Assembly (NCBI RefSeq): GCF_001194135.2
Contig: NC_068982.1
Location: forward strand, 190,312,122-190,367,103
Length of the DNA stretch: 54,982 nt
DNA from: Octopus bimaculoides
Lineage: Eukaryota
Direction: 5' to 3'
Made by a program: the position numbers and the translations under genes. Below the pieces are notes generated by a model that was not told the DNA's origin, made no database searches, and saw only the letters and a program-made list of their open reading frames with translations. Shown here piece after piece: positions 23,147 to 35,030 of the stretch. Every line of letters starts with the position of its first letter. The first letter of the stretch is position 1.

Positions 23147-23434
23147 GAGAAAGACAAAAGATGAAAAAATGCAGAAGATTTGTTTTACAGGATTTAAGAG
23201 TATATTAGAGCCATGATAATAATAAAGATATACAATTTTGTACAAAATGAGGTCCTGTTCTTTCAACATCTCAGTTTGACAAGGAATGCGAAATCGATCC
23301 TTACTTCAATTATGTTGAAAGAACAGAACCTTATCTTGTACAAAATTGTATATCTTTACTATTATCATGGCTCTAATATACTCTTAAATCCTGTAAAACA
23401 AATCTTCTGTATTTCTTCATATTTTCTCTTTCTC
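23147..23434. repeat. Long imperfect inverted repeat
   Basis: Arms 23161-23269 and 23312-23420 (109 bp, about 6 mismatches), extending ~14 bp outward less perfectly. 42-nt spacer. Confidence 0.92.
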
Positions 23435-23589
23435 TCTACATATCCACCACTTGAGTTTCCTCACTAAAATATTTTCAACCAAAGTTACAAAAATAGTGCC
23501 GGCATTGCTAGAAATAGGAGTCAAAAATGACTCGATAGCAACGCTGGTACTATTTTTGTACCCTTGTTTATTAATTTGCCTTTACGAAA

Positions 23590-24119
23590 TTATGAGCCCA
23601 TACAAAATTATCAAAAGCAAAATGCAACCGAAATCAATGAAAAAATATCAACCGGCGGAAGACTATATCCCTTAACAACGGAACAAAAAGTGAAAAAAGG
23701 CGGGCAGCCTGACTGTGGAACATGCCCCCACCTTTTGGAGGGTACAGAATTTCACTTCAAACAATGTGAAAATATTTAAGATAAAGTCAAATTTCACTCG
23801 TGCCTCTAAAAACCTAATATATGTTATTACCTGCTTTGGTTTCGGAAATCACAATATAAGCCAAACACGAAGGACCCTCAGACGAAGAACAACGCTTCAC
23901 AAAGAACAAATCTGCTTCCCACAATATAGACAGATACAGGTCAGTGAGCACATAGATAGATGTGCTATAAACCTTAAACCAAACTTCCTAATTTTCCCTT
24001 TTAATCAATGTTCCCAGAACACCTCAGTGCAACAAAGACTAAATAAAGAGGCAACTTTTATTAATAAATATCAACCACAACTTAACATGGACACACAACT
24101 CAATACAGGACATTATTAA
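23590..24119 (+). pseudogene. PLE 3' region with CCHH-type GIY-YIG endonuclease
   Basis: SPYKIIKSKMQPKS; GQPDCGTCPH; FKIKSNFTRASKNLIYVITC..ISQTRRTLRRR..HKEQI..QVSEHID..QRLNKEATFINKYQPQLN. Confidence 0.85.
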
Positions 24120-24292
24120 CCTTATTAATACCAATAATCCTACTAATCCTCATACATCCCCTATACCATTCATACTCTATTAATTATATTAACCTAATTG
24201 CATCACTTTCAGAATTGCTTGCCTCCCTTGCATGCAATCTTTTCGCTCAGGTACTATTAGGCTCAACACCATTTGGAAATCAGCGTTGATCC

Positions 24293-24331
24293 AAATTCAG
24301 TGAACAGCGATGACGAAACCGGTATGACTTT
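24293..24331 (+). ncRNA. Relic hammerhead motif in a PLE 3' end (pseudo-LTR)
   Basis: AAATTCA-GTGAACA-GCGATGAC-GAAAC CG GTA-TGACTTT. Stem I 6/7, ACCGGT palindrome, two core substitutions. Confidence 0.5.
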
Positions 24332-24701
24332 CTATATTGACTCATGATAATGATTTTTATACTTCTTAATTCTACCTCAAATCATTTATTTGTATGTATA
24401 TATCTTTGTTTTTATATATAAAAAAAAGCCATTACTTTTATACCCAGTGTGCATTTTCTTTGTTTCTTTTTATTCCCCCCATCTAANNNNNNNNNNNNNN
24501 NNNNNNNNNNNNNNNNNNNNNNNNNNNNNNNNNNNNNNNNNNNNNNNNNNNNNNNNNNNNNNNNNNNNNNNNNNNNNNNNNNNNNNNNNNNNNNNNNNNN
24601 NNNNNNNNNNNNNNNNNNNNNNNNNNNNNNNNNNNNNNNNNNNNNNNNNNNNNNNNNNNNNNNNNNNNNNNNNNNNNNNNNNNNNNNNNNNNNNNNNNNN
24701 N

Positions 24702-24741
<40 letters not shown>

Positions 24742-25529
24742 TATATATAAGTATATATATATATGGATATATACATATATATATGTACACGTGTGTGTGT
24801 ACAAATACACACATAGATAGTAGGATGTGTATATACATGCGCGCGCGTTTGTGTATGAGTATATCCTATTACAATTGTAATCGCGCATGTGCATACATAG
24901 ATGCATACGTACACTTGAACATACATAAAAATATAGGTAAATGCATAAATGCATATACATTCATATATACACATACGTACAGACATGCCTATAGAAATAA
25001 ATATGTAGATATATGCATACATAAACACATACATACATAAATACAAACATGTATAAATATATATGTAAATACATACATGAAAGCATATAAACAAGGACAT
25101 TAATACATACCTTAAACACATACATATATGCACACACACACACACACACGCACACATTTCAATTACACATCTATTTACATCCTATCATATTTCTATTGAA
25201 AGAGAGAATCAAGTGTTTGACTAACATTTAATAGATTCCATAAATGATAAACTATGAAAATAAATATATTTCCTTGAAAATCGATATCAATCACATTATT
25301 GAGATTTTGCATGGAAAGGTGAGTGGAAATGCTGTCAAAGAACGTTTAGGAAAAACAAAAAGCAAAACAACAACAAAAAAATGAAAAGAAAAAAACACGT
25401 CTCGAAATACAAGATTTTTAAAAGCCATAAAACACTCTATTGACACCAAACAGCGGAATAACATGGAAACCACAAGAACAACTCCCGACATCAACCCAAA
25501 CATTGCCAGCAGCAACGTTAGTGTCTTCA

Positions 25530-25554
25530 CCACCACCACCACCATCATCATCAT

Positions 25555-25585
<31 letters not shown>

Positions 25586-25971
25586 ACNNNNNNNNNNNNN
25601 NNNNNNNNNNNNNNNNNNNNNNNNNNNNNNNNNNNNNNNNNNNNNNNNNNNNNNNNNNNNNNNNNNNNNNNNNNNNNNNNNNNNNNNNNNNNNNNNNNNN
25701 NNNNNNNNNNNNNNNNNNNNNNNNNNNNNNNNNNNNNNNNNNNNNNNNNNNNNNNNNNNNNNNNNNNNNNNNNNNNNNNNNNNNNNNNNNNNNNNNNNNN
25801 NNNNNNNNNNNNNNNNNNNNNNNNNNNNNNNNTACCACCACAACCACCATCTCCACCACCACCACCACCACTGCCGCCATCACCACTATCACCAACATCG
25901 CTACTGCTACTACTACCTCAATACTAGCACTCACACCACCACCTTCATCAACAACAGCAACACCATCATCG

Positions 25972-26004
<33 letters not shown>

Positions 26005-26070
26005 CCACCACCATCATCAACAACACCGCCACTACCACTGCACACGCCACTACCACCATACGCACCACCG
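25530..26070. repeat. Compound (CAC)n/(CAT)n/(CAA)n low-complexity tract with gap
   Basis: Direct reading; explains the poly-P/H/T/I ORFs. Confidence 0.9.
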
Positions 26071-26204
26071 CCGACATCAACTCTGCAATCACATTACAAT
26101 CGATGCTCTCCTCACCGACACCGCCGTACACTTTGTTCATGACGTCTTTCCTCCGCATCACCCGCTTCGCATCGACTGTCTTGGTAAAGAATACCAACGG
26201 CGCG

Positions 26205-26715
26205 GCTCTCATGGCTTCTGATCTTAACTGATCGGTGGTGCTATTATGTACATTGTTTTGTCTTGGTATAAATGATGGGTTACAGCAAATATTCTGCTCA
26301 ATTGTTTGACTTTAACCAGTTAAGCATATCCCTTAGTGGCAGACGATATGTGCATCTCTGATCACGAGCAGAAGTAGTGAGGGGAACATCATAGCCGTGT
26401 TGACAGGATTTCTTTGGGGTTTCGATAATTCACATTTGGAAACATGAGTGCTTCGTTCATCATCCTCAAACAACCCTTATCCACGGATCTTTTGAGCGGG
26501 ATGGGATGCTCGTCCTGAAGAAAATTCTAACTGGGCCCCTCACCTGCAAGGTCACGCGTTGTTTATCTTGATATAAGATCACCATGTTGCGCACATGTGG
26601 TTGTGATACATGTGCCTGGTATACCTTTATCAGACGGGTAGTAATGGTGGGTATATTGGGCTTCATATAATTGTACCCCAGTGTCACTTTGATGGTATGC
26701 ACTGCTCTCTCACTC
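26205..26715 (+). mobile_element. ~530-bp noncoding element, copy 2
   Basis: Homologous to 1153-1678. Ends CTCTCTCACTC-AATAATAATAAT. Confidence 0.85.
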
Positions 26716-26735
26716 AATAATAATAATGATAATAT

Positions 26736-27148
26736 ATAGACAGAGAATAGGAAGCCAGACATGGTCTTAGTTGAGAAAGAAAACAAACTATGCTGGATCA
26801 TAGATATAGCATGCCCAGCTGACAACAAGGTATGCGATAAGGAAGAAAGAAAAGTCGAGAGATATTACAGGTTAGCTTGGGAAGTTAAGCAGTTGTGGTC
26901 GATGAAAAAGGTAGCAGTAGTACCAATAATTATCGGAACCCTGGGAACAGTGAGCAAAAATCTCGAGAAGTACATGGAACAAATAGGGGCTGCAATAAGG
27001 GTGGAGCACTTCCATAAAACAGCACTGCTTGGAACCGTTTGAATACCCCGGAGAGTGCTCGTAAATTAAGGGGTGTTACCTTAGGTCACTGGTAGTGAAC
27101 AGCTGACACTGTAGTACATCTCCAGCGTTATAAGCTGTGCAAAGGCAA
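26736..27148 (+). pseudogene. 5'-truncated R4/Dong-clade LINE (RLE domain and 3' UTR)
   Basis: RKPDMVLVEKENKLCWIIDIACPADNKVCDKEERKVERY...VVPIIIGTLG (PD..D-type RLE). Starts in the TAA tail of the preceding element and ends in (TAA)n. Confidence 0.92.
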
Positions 27149-27150
27149 TA

Positions 27151-27183
<33 letters not shown>

Positions 27184-28269
27184 NNNNNNNNNNNNNNNNN
27201 NNNNNNNNNNNNNNNNNNNNNNNNNNNNNNNNNNNNNNNNNNNNNNNNNNNNNNNNNNNNNNNNNNNNNNNNNNNNNNNNNNNNNNNNNNNNNNNNNNNN
27301 NNNNNNNNNNNNNNNNNNNNNNNNNNNNNNNNNNNNNNNNNNNNNNNNNNNNNNNNNNNNNNNNNNNNNNNNNNNNNNNNNNNNNNNNNNNNNNNNNNNN
27401 NNNNNNNNNNNNNNNNNNNNNNNNNNNNNNNNNNNNNNNNNNNNNNNNNNNNNNNNNNNNNNNNNNNNNNNNNNNNNNNNNNNNNNNNNNNNNNNNNNNN
27501 NNNNNNNNNNNNNNNNNNNNNNNNNNNNNNNNNNNNNNNNNNNNNNNNNNNNNNNNNNNNNNNNNNNNNNNNNNNNNNNNNNNNNNNNNNNNNNNNNNNN
27601 NNNNNNNNNNNNNNNNNNNNNNNNNNNNNNNNNNNNNNNNNCATACAACCACGAATGCTCTGTACTTACAACTTAAAACTTATCAAGTGTTTAGTTTCTG
27701 GTTTGTCAAGAAAAACATGGATGCCTTATTTTACGTTCCTAATTCAGTTCAAATTCATTTTGTTTTCTCAGTTTTTTTTTATAGTTAAAAAACTGTGCGA
27801 TCTTCTGTGTTATTTTTACTTTCTGACGATTCTTTGGTAGCAACCTTTTGAAAAATTTAAACATTGGCAAAACCCCTATTCCTCGTTTGACATTTCTATT
27901 GCTTCTAACTTGTTTCTGTACTTTTGCCTTCTTTTTCAATTATTCACCGTTTCCTTTTTCCAGCTACCGAGAGGGAGCAGGATTTCCCCTCAGAAATCGT
28001 TTAACGCATTGCATATTCTGCGGTTGGTCTTTCTGCAATCCCTAAAGTTTCTCTCAACTGCACAAAGGGCCAAACTGTAACAGTTGGTCTTCCAAACAAA
28101 TTCTATGTCTCAAAGATGACACTTCTCATTGCAAGCACTAAGCCTCGATCCTCACATTCAACCATTTATCGCGATGATGTCTTTTCAAGAATGTTTCTTC
28201 GCGAACATAAACAAACGTTGTCATTCATATAACATCACATTCAAATGTAAATTTCTACATTGAATTTCT

Positions 28270-28500
28270 TTTATTCTTTTATTTGTTTCAGTCATTTGAC
28301 TGCGGCCATGCTGGAGCACCGCCTTTAGTCGAGCAAGTCGACCCCAGGACTTATGCTTTGTAAGCCTAGTACTTATTCTATCGGTCTCTTTTACCAAACT
28401 GTTACGGGGACGTAAACACACCAGCATCGGGTGTCAAACGATGTTGGGGGGACAAACACAGACACACAGACACACACACAGACACACACACACACACACA
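28270..28500 (-). mobile_element. SINE family C, 3' portion
   Basis: TTTCAGTCATTTGACTGCGGCCATGCTGGAGCACCGCCTTTAGTCGAGC...GTAAACACACCAGCATCGG. Confidence 0.85.
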
Positions 28501-29299
28501 CACACANNNNNNNNNNNNNNNNNNNNNNNNNNNNNNNNNNNNNNNNNNNNNNNNNNNNNNNNNNNNNNNNNNNNNNNNNNNNNNNNNNNNNNNNNNNNNN
28601 NNNNNNNNNNNNNNNNNNNNNNNNNNNNNNNNNNNNNNNNNNNNNNNNNNNNNNNNNNNNNNNNNNNNNNNNNNNNNNNNNNNNNNNNNNNNNNNNNNNN
28701 NNNNNNNNNNNNNNNNNNNNNNNNNNNNNNNNNNNNNNNNNNNNNNNNNNNNNNNNNNNNNNNNNNNNNNNNNNNNNNNNNNNNNNNNNNNNNNNNNNNN
28801 NNNNNNNNNNNNNNNNNNNNNNNNNNNNNNNNNNNNNNNNNNNNNNNNNNNNNNNNNNNNNNNNNNNNNNNNNNNNNNNNNNNNNNNNNNNNNNNNNNNN
28901 NNNNNNNNNNNNNNNNNNNNNNNNNNNNNNNNNNNNNNNNNNNNNNNNNNNNNNNNNNNNNNNNNNNNNNNNNNNNNNNNNNNNNNNNNNNNNNNNNNNN
29001 NNNNNNNNNNNNNNNNNNNNNNNNNNNNNNNNNNNNNNNNNNNNNNNNNNNNNNNNNNNNNNNNNNNNNNNNNNNNNNNNNNNNNNNNNNNNNNNNNNNN
29101 NNNNNNNNNNNNNNNNNNNNNNNNNNNNNNNNNCACACACACGTATAAATATAAAATATGTGTGTTGGTATATATAATGCATTTGTATGAATGAATATAT
29201 ATATGTGTGTGTGTCTGTATGATGCTTTTCTTCGCTTTTCCTTTTTAATTTTGAATAGCCTCTGACCGGCCACCTACTCAGCTGCAAGGTCGTGAAGGA

Positions 29300-29500
29300 A
29301 AGCATCTTGTTTTAAACATGACATTTTGAATCTTAAGGTCCCGGAGATTTTTATAGTCCCAGATGTCGCGATCATTTGTTGCATATGAATTAACGATTCA
29401 GCCATACTTTGCTCCAGACGAGTTGGTATGTATCCTGCGGTTCCAATAATAATAGGCATGAGACCGAAGTTGTATCATGGGCACTGGATTTGCAAACGCC
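29300..29500 (-). pseudogene. R4-like RLE LINE extreme C-terminus
   Basis: MPIIIGTAGYIPTRLEQ...MQQMIATSGTIKI resembles the IPIIIGALG...QK.ALLGT terminal motif. Confidence 0.55.
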
Positions 29501-30974
29501 TACTTAATGATCCATAGATCTCGTCTATGTATGTATGTATGTATGTATGTATGTATGTATGTCATTATTCAATTTTATTTCAAAATTTCTTGCCAATAGA
29601 GAAAGAACCGGTTTCTAACCTAGATCCAAGGTTCCTTCACTGGAATTTCAACATCAACAACAGGGTATTTTTGTATGTATGTATACGTGCAGATTTGTAT
29701 GGTTTGCTTTATGTATGTATTCTCATGCATATACTTTCATATCTAGACATGCTCATGTATGTATGCATGCATGTTCGTATCTATGTGCATATGCACGTAT
29801 GTATGCAAATTAGGCATGGAAGTACAGATGAATGTGTGGGCGATAAAGATTGTGAGGGAGCGGGTGTGTGCGTGATTGACAGTTAATTTACCTGCTTTGT
29901 GTTACCTCGCTTAATACTGTGAGGAGAGCTAATGAAGAAATCTGCATTACAACTGTTAATTATCAGTGAATATTGCTCCACCCATAAATATAAATATACA
30001 ACATGGCTACAACGGCCTGCTTCTCATACACTCACACACATCTATAATTACACACCCACACTCACCACGTATACTTTCTCAAACGCACACACAAACATAC
30101 ACACACACATAATCCCACATGTTCATACAGACATACATACACACATACACACCCACTCCCCTATACATACACCACCCACAACCTCTTCAACACATATATT
30201 CCAACACAATTACGCACAAAGACACACAGAAAAGTACAAACATACACACATATACACGCGCAAACACATAGACACGCCCCCAAGAGTGACGTCAACGCCA
30301 GTACACTTCCATTACGAAAGTGTAGAAACATATAACACAAACCNNNNNNNNNNNNNNNNNNNNNNNNNNNNNNNNNNNNNNNNNNNNNNNNNNNNNNNNN
30401 NNNNNNNNNNNNNNNNNNNNNNNNNNNNNNNNNNNNNNNNNNNNNNNNNNNNNNNNNNNNNNNNNNNNNNNNNNNNNNNNNNNNNNNNNNNNNNNNNNNN
30501 NNNNNNNNNNNNNNNNNNNNNNNNNNNNNNNNNNNNNNNNNNNNNNNNNNNNNNNNNNNNNNNNNNNNNNNNNNNNNNNNNNNNNNNNNNNNNNNNNNNN
30601 NNNNNNNNNNNNNNNNNNNNNNNNNNNNNNNNNNNNNNNNNNNNNNNNNNNNNNNNNNNNNNNNNNNNNNNNNNNNNNNNNNNNNNNNNNNNNNNNNNNN
30701 NNNNNNNNNNNNNNNNNNNNNNNNNNNNNNNNNNNNNNNNNNNNNNNNNNNNNNNNNNNNNNNNNNNNNNNNNNNNNNNNNNNNNNNNNNNNNNNNNNNN
30801 NNNNNNNNNNNNNNNNNNNNNNNNNNNNNNNNNNNNNNNNNNNNNNNNNNNNNNNNNNNNNNNNNNNNNNNNNNNNNNNNNNNNNNNNNNNNNNNNNNNN
30901 NNNNNNNNNNNNNNNNNNNNNNNNNNNNNNNNNNNNNATATATATATATGTGTGTGTGTGTGTGTTTGTGTGGG

Positions 30975-31017
<43 letters not shown>

Positions 31018-32064
31018 CCTGATATAGACGCATATATATGTGTATGCATGTATTTCTCTTTGTGTCTCTCTCCCTTTCTCTCTATCTGTCCATATATCTA
31101 TATATTCATACTTACGTGCATGTGTGTGTGCGTGTGCGCGTGTGTGTGTGTGTGTATTCTTTTACTGTGAGAATGTGTGTGTCAATAACCGGGTCACAGA
31201 TGTGTGATAAAAGTTCTGACGCAATAGAAATAAGTGAACAGAAATTTATTGATCATAAAATACCTAAGACAACTCTTATACGATGTAAGTGCTACACACG
31301 CGCGCGCGCCCATTAGAACGGGAACCTCGTACTTTGTGACTGAGTCTGACATCTCCGACCTACGAACGAAACCAAAAGCAGGTAACGAGGCCTTTGTCAA
31401 AGCGAGCCCGTAGCCTCATTCGCTACTGAAGCCAGTTGCTTGACTTTGCAGCTTGATGGTTGCACTGTTTCCTGCAGGAAACTAGCTTGGAACACAAACA
31501 ACTGAAGAAAGCTACCAATGAGTCAAGCGTGACAACTTAGACGAGCTCAAAATAGCTGTGGTTGACAAGAGACCGTAGGTAGAAACGGTATACGGAGAAA
31601 GACTAATTCAGTCCACGCTGCCCCACTCAGGCCAAGTGTACGCGCCAAAGGGCGAAACGCTTGTGAACCCGAGATACTTGCTGTTGATACAGAAAGGTTT
31701 GCAACATTGCGACGGAATCAGAAGAGTTTAATAAACCTCTGAGTAACTTCTGCAGTTTCTGCCTGGAACAAAGCATCTCCGATGTTTATTTCACATTATT
31801 TCGCCTTCCATCCAGATAATGATAGCAAGCAGCGGCCATTTCCTTAGGTGAGGATCTATATTGGATGAATGTTGACAGCCGTTGTAACATGGTCCTGGTT
31901 TATGAATAGGAAACACCCAAATTCCTTTTCGTAGAACAGAAATTTGAAAGTCGGAGACACAACATTTCAGGTTAAGTTTTATTATAAATATATTTTGATA
32001 CTTTGCTGTTAGTATTGAATCCTCCCTGTTTTTCCTTCTTTACATTGAAATCTTTACTTTAAGC

Positions 32065-32231
32065 CAGTGGTTTTCAACCTTTGGTTTACGGACCCCAGGT
32101 GGTCCGCAAAGGTAGTACTGGGGGTCCGTGAAGAACCCCCAGCACTACAGACCTTTCAATATCCTGGGGTCCGTGGGAAAATTCATTTAAATGAAAGGGG
32201 TCGTTGGTAGTGAAAAGTTTGGGAACCATTG
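32065..32231. mobile_element. hAT-like MITE
   Basis: Termini CAGTGGTTTTCAAC / TTTGGGAACCATTG. 8-bp flanks CTTTAAGC and CTTTGAAC (6/8). Confidence 0.65.
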
Positions 32232-32389
32232 CTTTGAACTGTCTTCTTACATACATTCGTGCGTATTCGCACTCGTGCACACACAGACACGCACAAACAC
32301 ACACACACACACTCTCTCTCCCTCACATATATATATATATATATGTACCAATGCATATATTAATATATAAGACCCATCTAATGTATATT

Positions 32390-32623
32390 TATTTCTTTAT
32401 TGCTCCCAGGGGGATACACATAGAGGGGACAAACAAGGACAGACAAAGGGATTAAGTCGATTACATCGACCCCAGTGCGTAACTGGTACTTATTTAATCG
32501 ACCCCGAAAGGATGAAAGGCAAAGTCAACCCCGGTGGAATTTGAACTCAGGACGTAACGGCAGACGAAATACCGCTAAGCATTTCGCCCGACGCGCTAAC
32601 GATTCTGCCAGCTCCTCGCCGCC
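32390..32623 (-). mobile_element. Full SINE family A with Tx1-like tail
   Basis: Reverse complement of head GGCGAGGAGCTGGCAGAATCG through the tail CTTTGTCTGTCCTTGTTTGTCCCCTC...AATAAAGAAAT. Confidence 0.88.
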
Positions 32624-32788
32624 CATCTAATATATATATTGCTGCCATATGTGATACTAAAATTCCAACGCTGGAAGTTTGTTAAAGAAGAATCAACTCT
32701 TACTTCGTAGCAAGAATTAAAGAAGTAGAGAAAGAATGTACAGATATACGCAAACAAGCATTCCAGCACACAGATACACTCACAAACA

Positions 32789-32832
<44 letters not shown>

Positions 32833-32957
32833 GGAAGCAAATTATATTACATAGACACAAATTCGCGTGCACACACACGTATATATTCGTGTACACAGAC
32901 TCATGTATTTAGTTGCACGTGCATATATATGTCTGTATATAAACACACATGTACACT

Positions 32958-32993
<36 letters not shown>

Positions 32994-33240
32994 TATTTAG
33001 AGACAAATACATCTACATACGTATATACATTTATAAACAAATTTGAGGCGACGAAAAATAGAGAAAATCTCAAACGCAGAATCGCTGTGAAAACAGCTCA
33101 GAAGATCGGTTTTAGTACCGTTAAAAGAGAGGAAAAGACGACCAGCAGACCGCTGCTGAGAATCGAAACCTGTATCTCACAAGTGCCAACTGAGCGGTCT
33201 GTACCATCAAGCTAAACGACCCCTGACTGGNNNNNNNNNN

Positions 33241-33278
<38 letters not shown>

Positions 33279-33279
<1 letters not shown>

Positions 33280-33314
33280 GTCCGACGAACGGGAACGTGA
33301 AACTCTGAGTAACA
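33279..33314 (+). ncRNA. Minimal hammerhead motif (CCGA core variant)
   Basis: TGT-CCGACGA-ACG GGAA CGT-GAAAC TCTGA GTA-ACA. Perfect stems II and III, GUA triplet, AATAAA about 25 nt downstream. Confidence 0.62.
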
Positions 33315-33689
33315 GTTGTGATATTCTTGCTGCTTTTCAATAAAGTATATGTGTGTGTGTGTGTGTGTGCAAAGTGAGGGAGTAGAGCAGTTAAAATCCA
33401 AGGCTCCAGACACTACCAGGCTGGCAGATCCTCTGACGTTGAGTGATTACTCAATGAGGGCCACTCGGAAAGCTACTCACCAGGCCGAAAATACTTTAGT
33501 TATATGAAGGTTACGTTGTCGTTGAGGAATCTCAAGTTAACTCGTCAAAGATCTATACGACTCTAATTGTAGTCGCGTGCACACACGTAGACAAACACAT
33601 ATACACACAGGCAGACATTCACATATATACACGCAAACACACTCATACGTACACCCTCACCCACACGCTTTTATACACATACACCAGTT

Positions 33690-33934
33690 CATTATTTACA
33701 TAATCTACATTCGACGAATATTTGTCCTCATCTTGTTTGTTGCTAACACAACGTTTCGGTTGATATACCCTCCAGCCTTCATCGGGTGTCTTGGGGAAAT
33801 TTCGAACCTGGGTTCTTATTCCTAAGGTATTTTTCGATATTATTATTATCATTATGCAGGTCACTGCCTGGAATCGAACTCGGAATCTTGGGGGTTAGTA
33901 GCTCGCGCTCTTAACCACTACGCCATATGCCCGT
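33690..33934 (-). mobile_element. tRNA-headed SINE-like element carrying a hammerhead motif
   Basis: Reverse complement: A-box TGGCGTAGTGGTT, B-box GAGTTCGATTCC, AAT-rich linker, hammerhead at 33745-33790, TGTAAATAA-type tail. Confidence 0.75.
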
Positions 33935-34288
33935 ATATTATAGAACATACACCAGTTATAAATAAGCTTCTACTTAACGAGTCCGTTTTCCTAGAAAATC
34001 TAAATATGTCCACATTTTAGAGAATGCTTTAAACAACCGACTGCTTCCATTTCCGAAGATTGCTTTCAAAGAACCAAACAATTTGTCTTCTTTCTTGTAA
34101 ATTTTTTTTGGTTATTTTCTTTTATTTTTATTAATTTTCCGTGATTTTTTAGTTATGACATTTTGTTGTTGTTGTTGTTGTCAGTGATCATTTAAATTCA
34201 TAAAATGTATTCATTAGAAATTTACAAAGATGTATTCTTCGTGAAGCTGGCACTTTTTCTCCTTAATGAAACTACTGTACTGCTGCTG

Positions 34289-34345
<57 letters not shown>

Positions 34346-34699
34346 TTATTAATGATGATGATGATGGTAATAATCCCTTCTGCTGTAAGCACAAGCCTGA
34401 AATTTTGGGGGAGGGGGTAAGTCACTTGACCTCAGGAGTTGGCAATTCAGTACATTGCGTTGCCCTCGAATGTCTGCTTTGGCATGGTTTCTACAGTTGG
34501 GTGCCCCTTTTAACACCAACCACTTTACAGAATTCTGTCCCTAATATTCTCAAAAGTCTTCCATATTACAACACCTCAAAGACTGTTAATCTATTTGATA
34601 ATATATGTCCGCTAATGCTTATCTTTCATCTCCATGTGATACAGTACATCATCATGAAACTTTGATAAGGCAATCCAAAATACACCCCGCCTCCCAAAT

Positions 34700-35030
34700 G
34701 GAAGGGTCATAGCTGGATCCTCCGGGGTGATCTGTTGAGAAGAGTCCCAGTCAGTCCCCGTCTCCACGAGATACCTCCTCACCTGCCGTGACCGTGTGGC
34801 ATGTGGTCGACCAACACAAACTGTCAACCCAGCCAGATTCTCGTGGTGAGCAGGTCTAACTCGGAAAATTGAACAACATGGTCAACCAGTCTGAGCTGGC
34901 GCTCCCGAATCATACGAGTTACAGAACGCAGACTCTGAGGAGGGTTGTTGGTTGAATACGAAATCTGACCAACATCCTGCTCTAAGTTTTGAGACTTGGA
35001 CACCGTTCGGAGCTCCTAGGAGTCTCCTGG
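34700..35030 (-). pseudogene. RTE-clade LINE ORF C-terminal remnant
   Basis: WSDFVFNQ; LRSVTRMIRERQLRLVDHV; VGRPHATRSRQVRRYL, resembling RERQLRLFGHV...RGRPR.TWLRQ. Confidence 0.65.
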
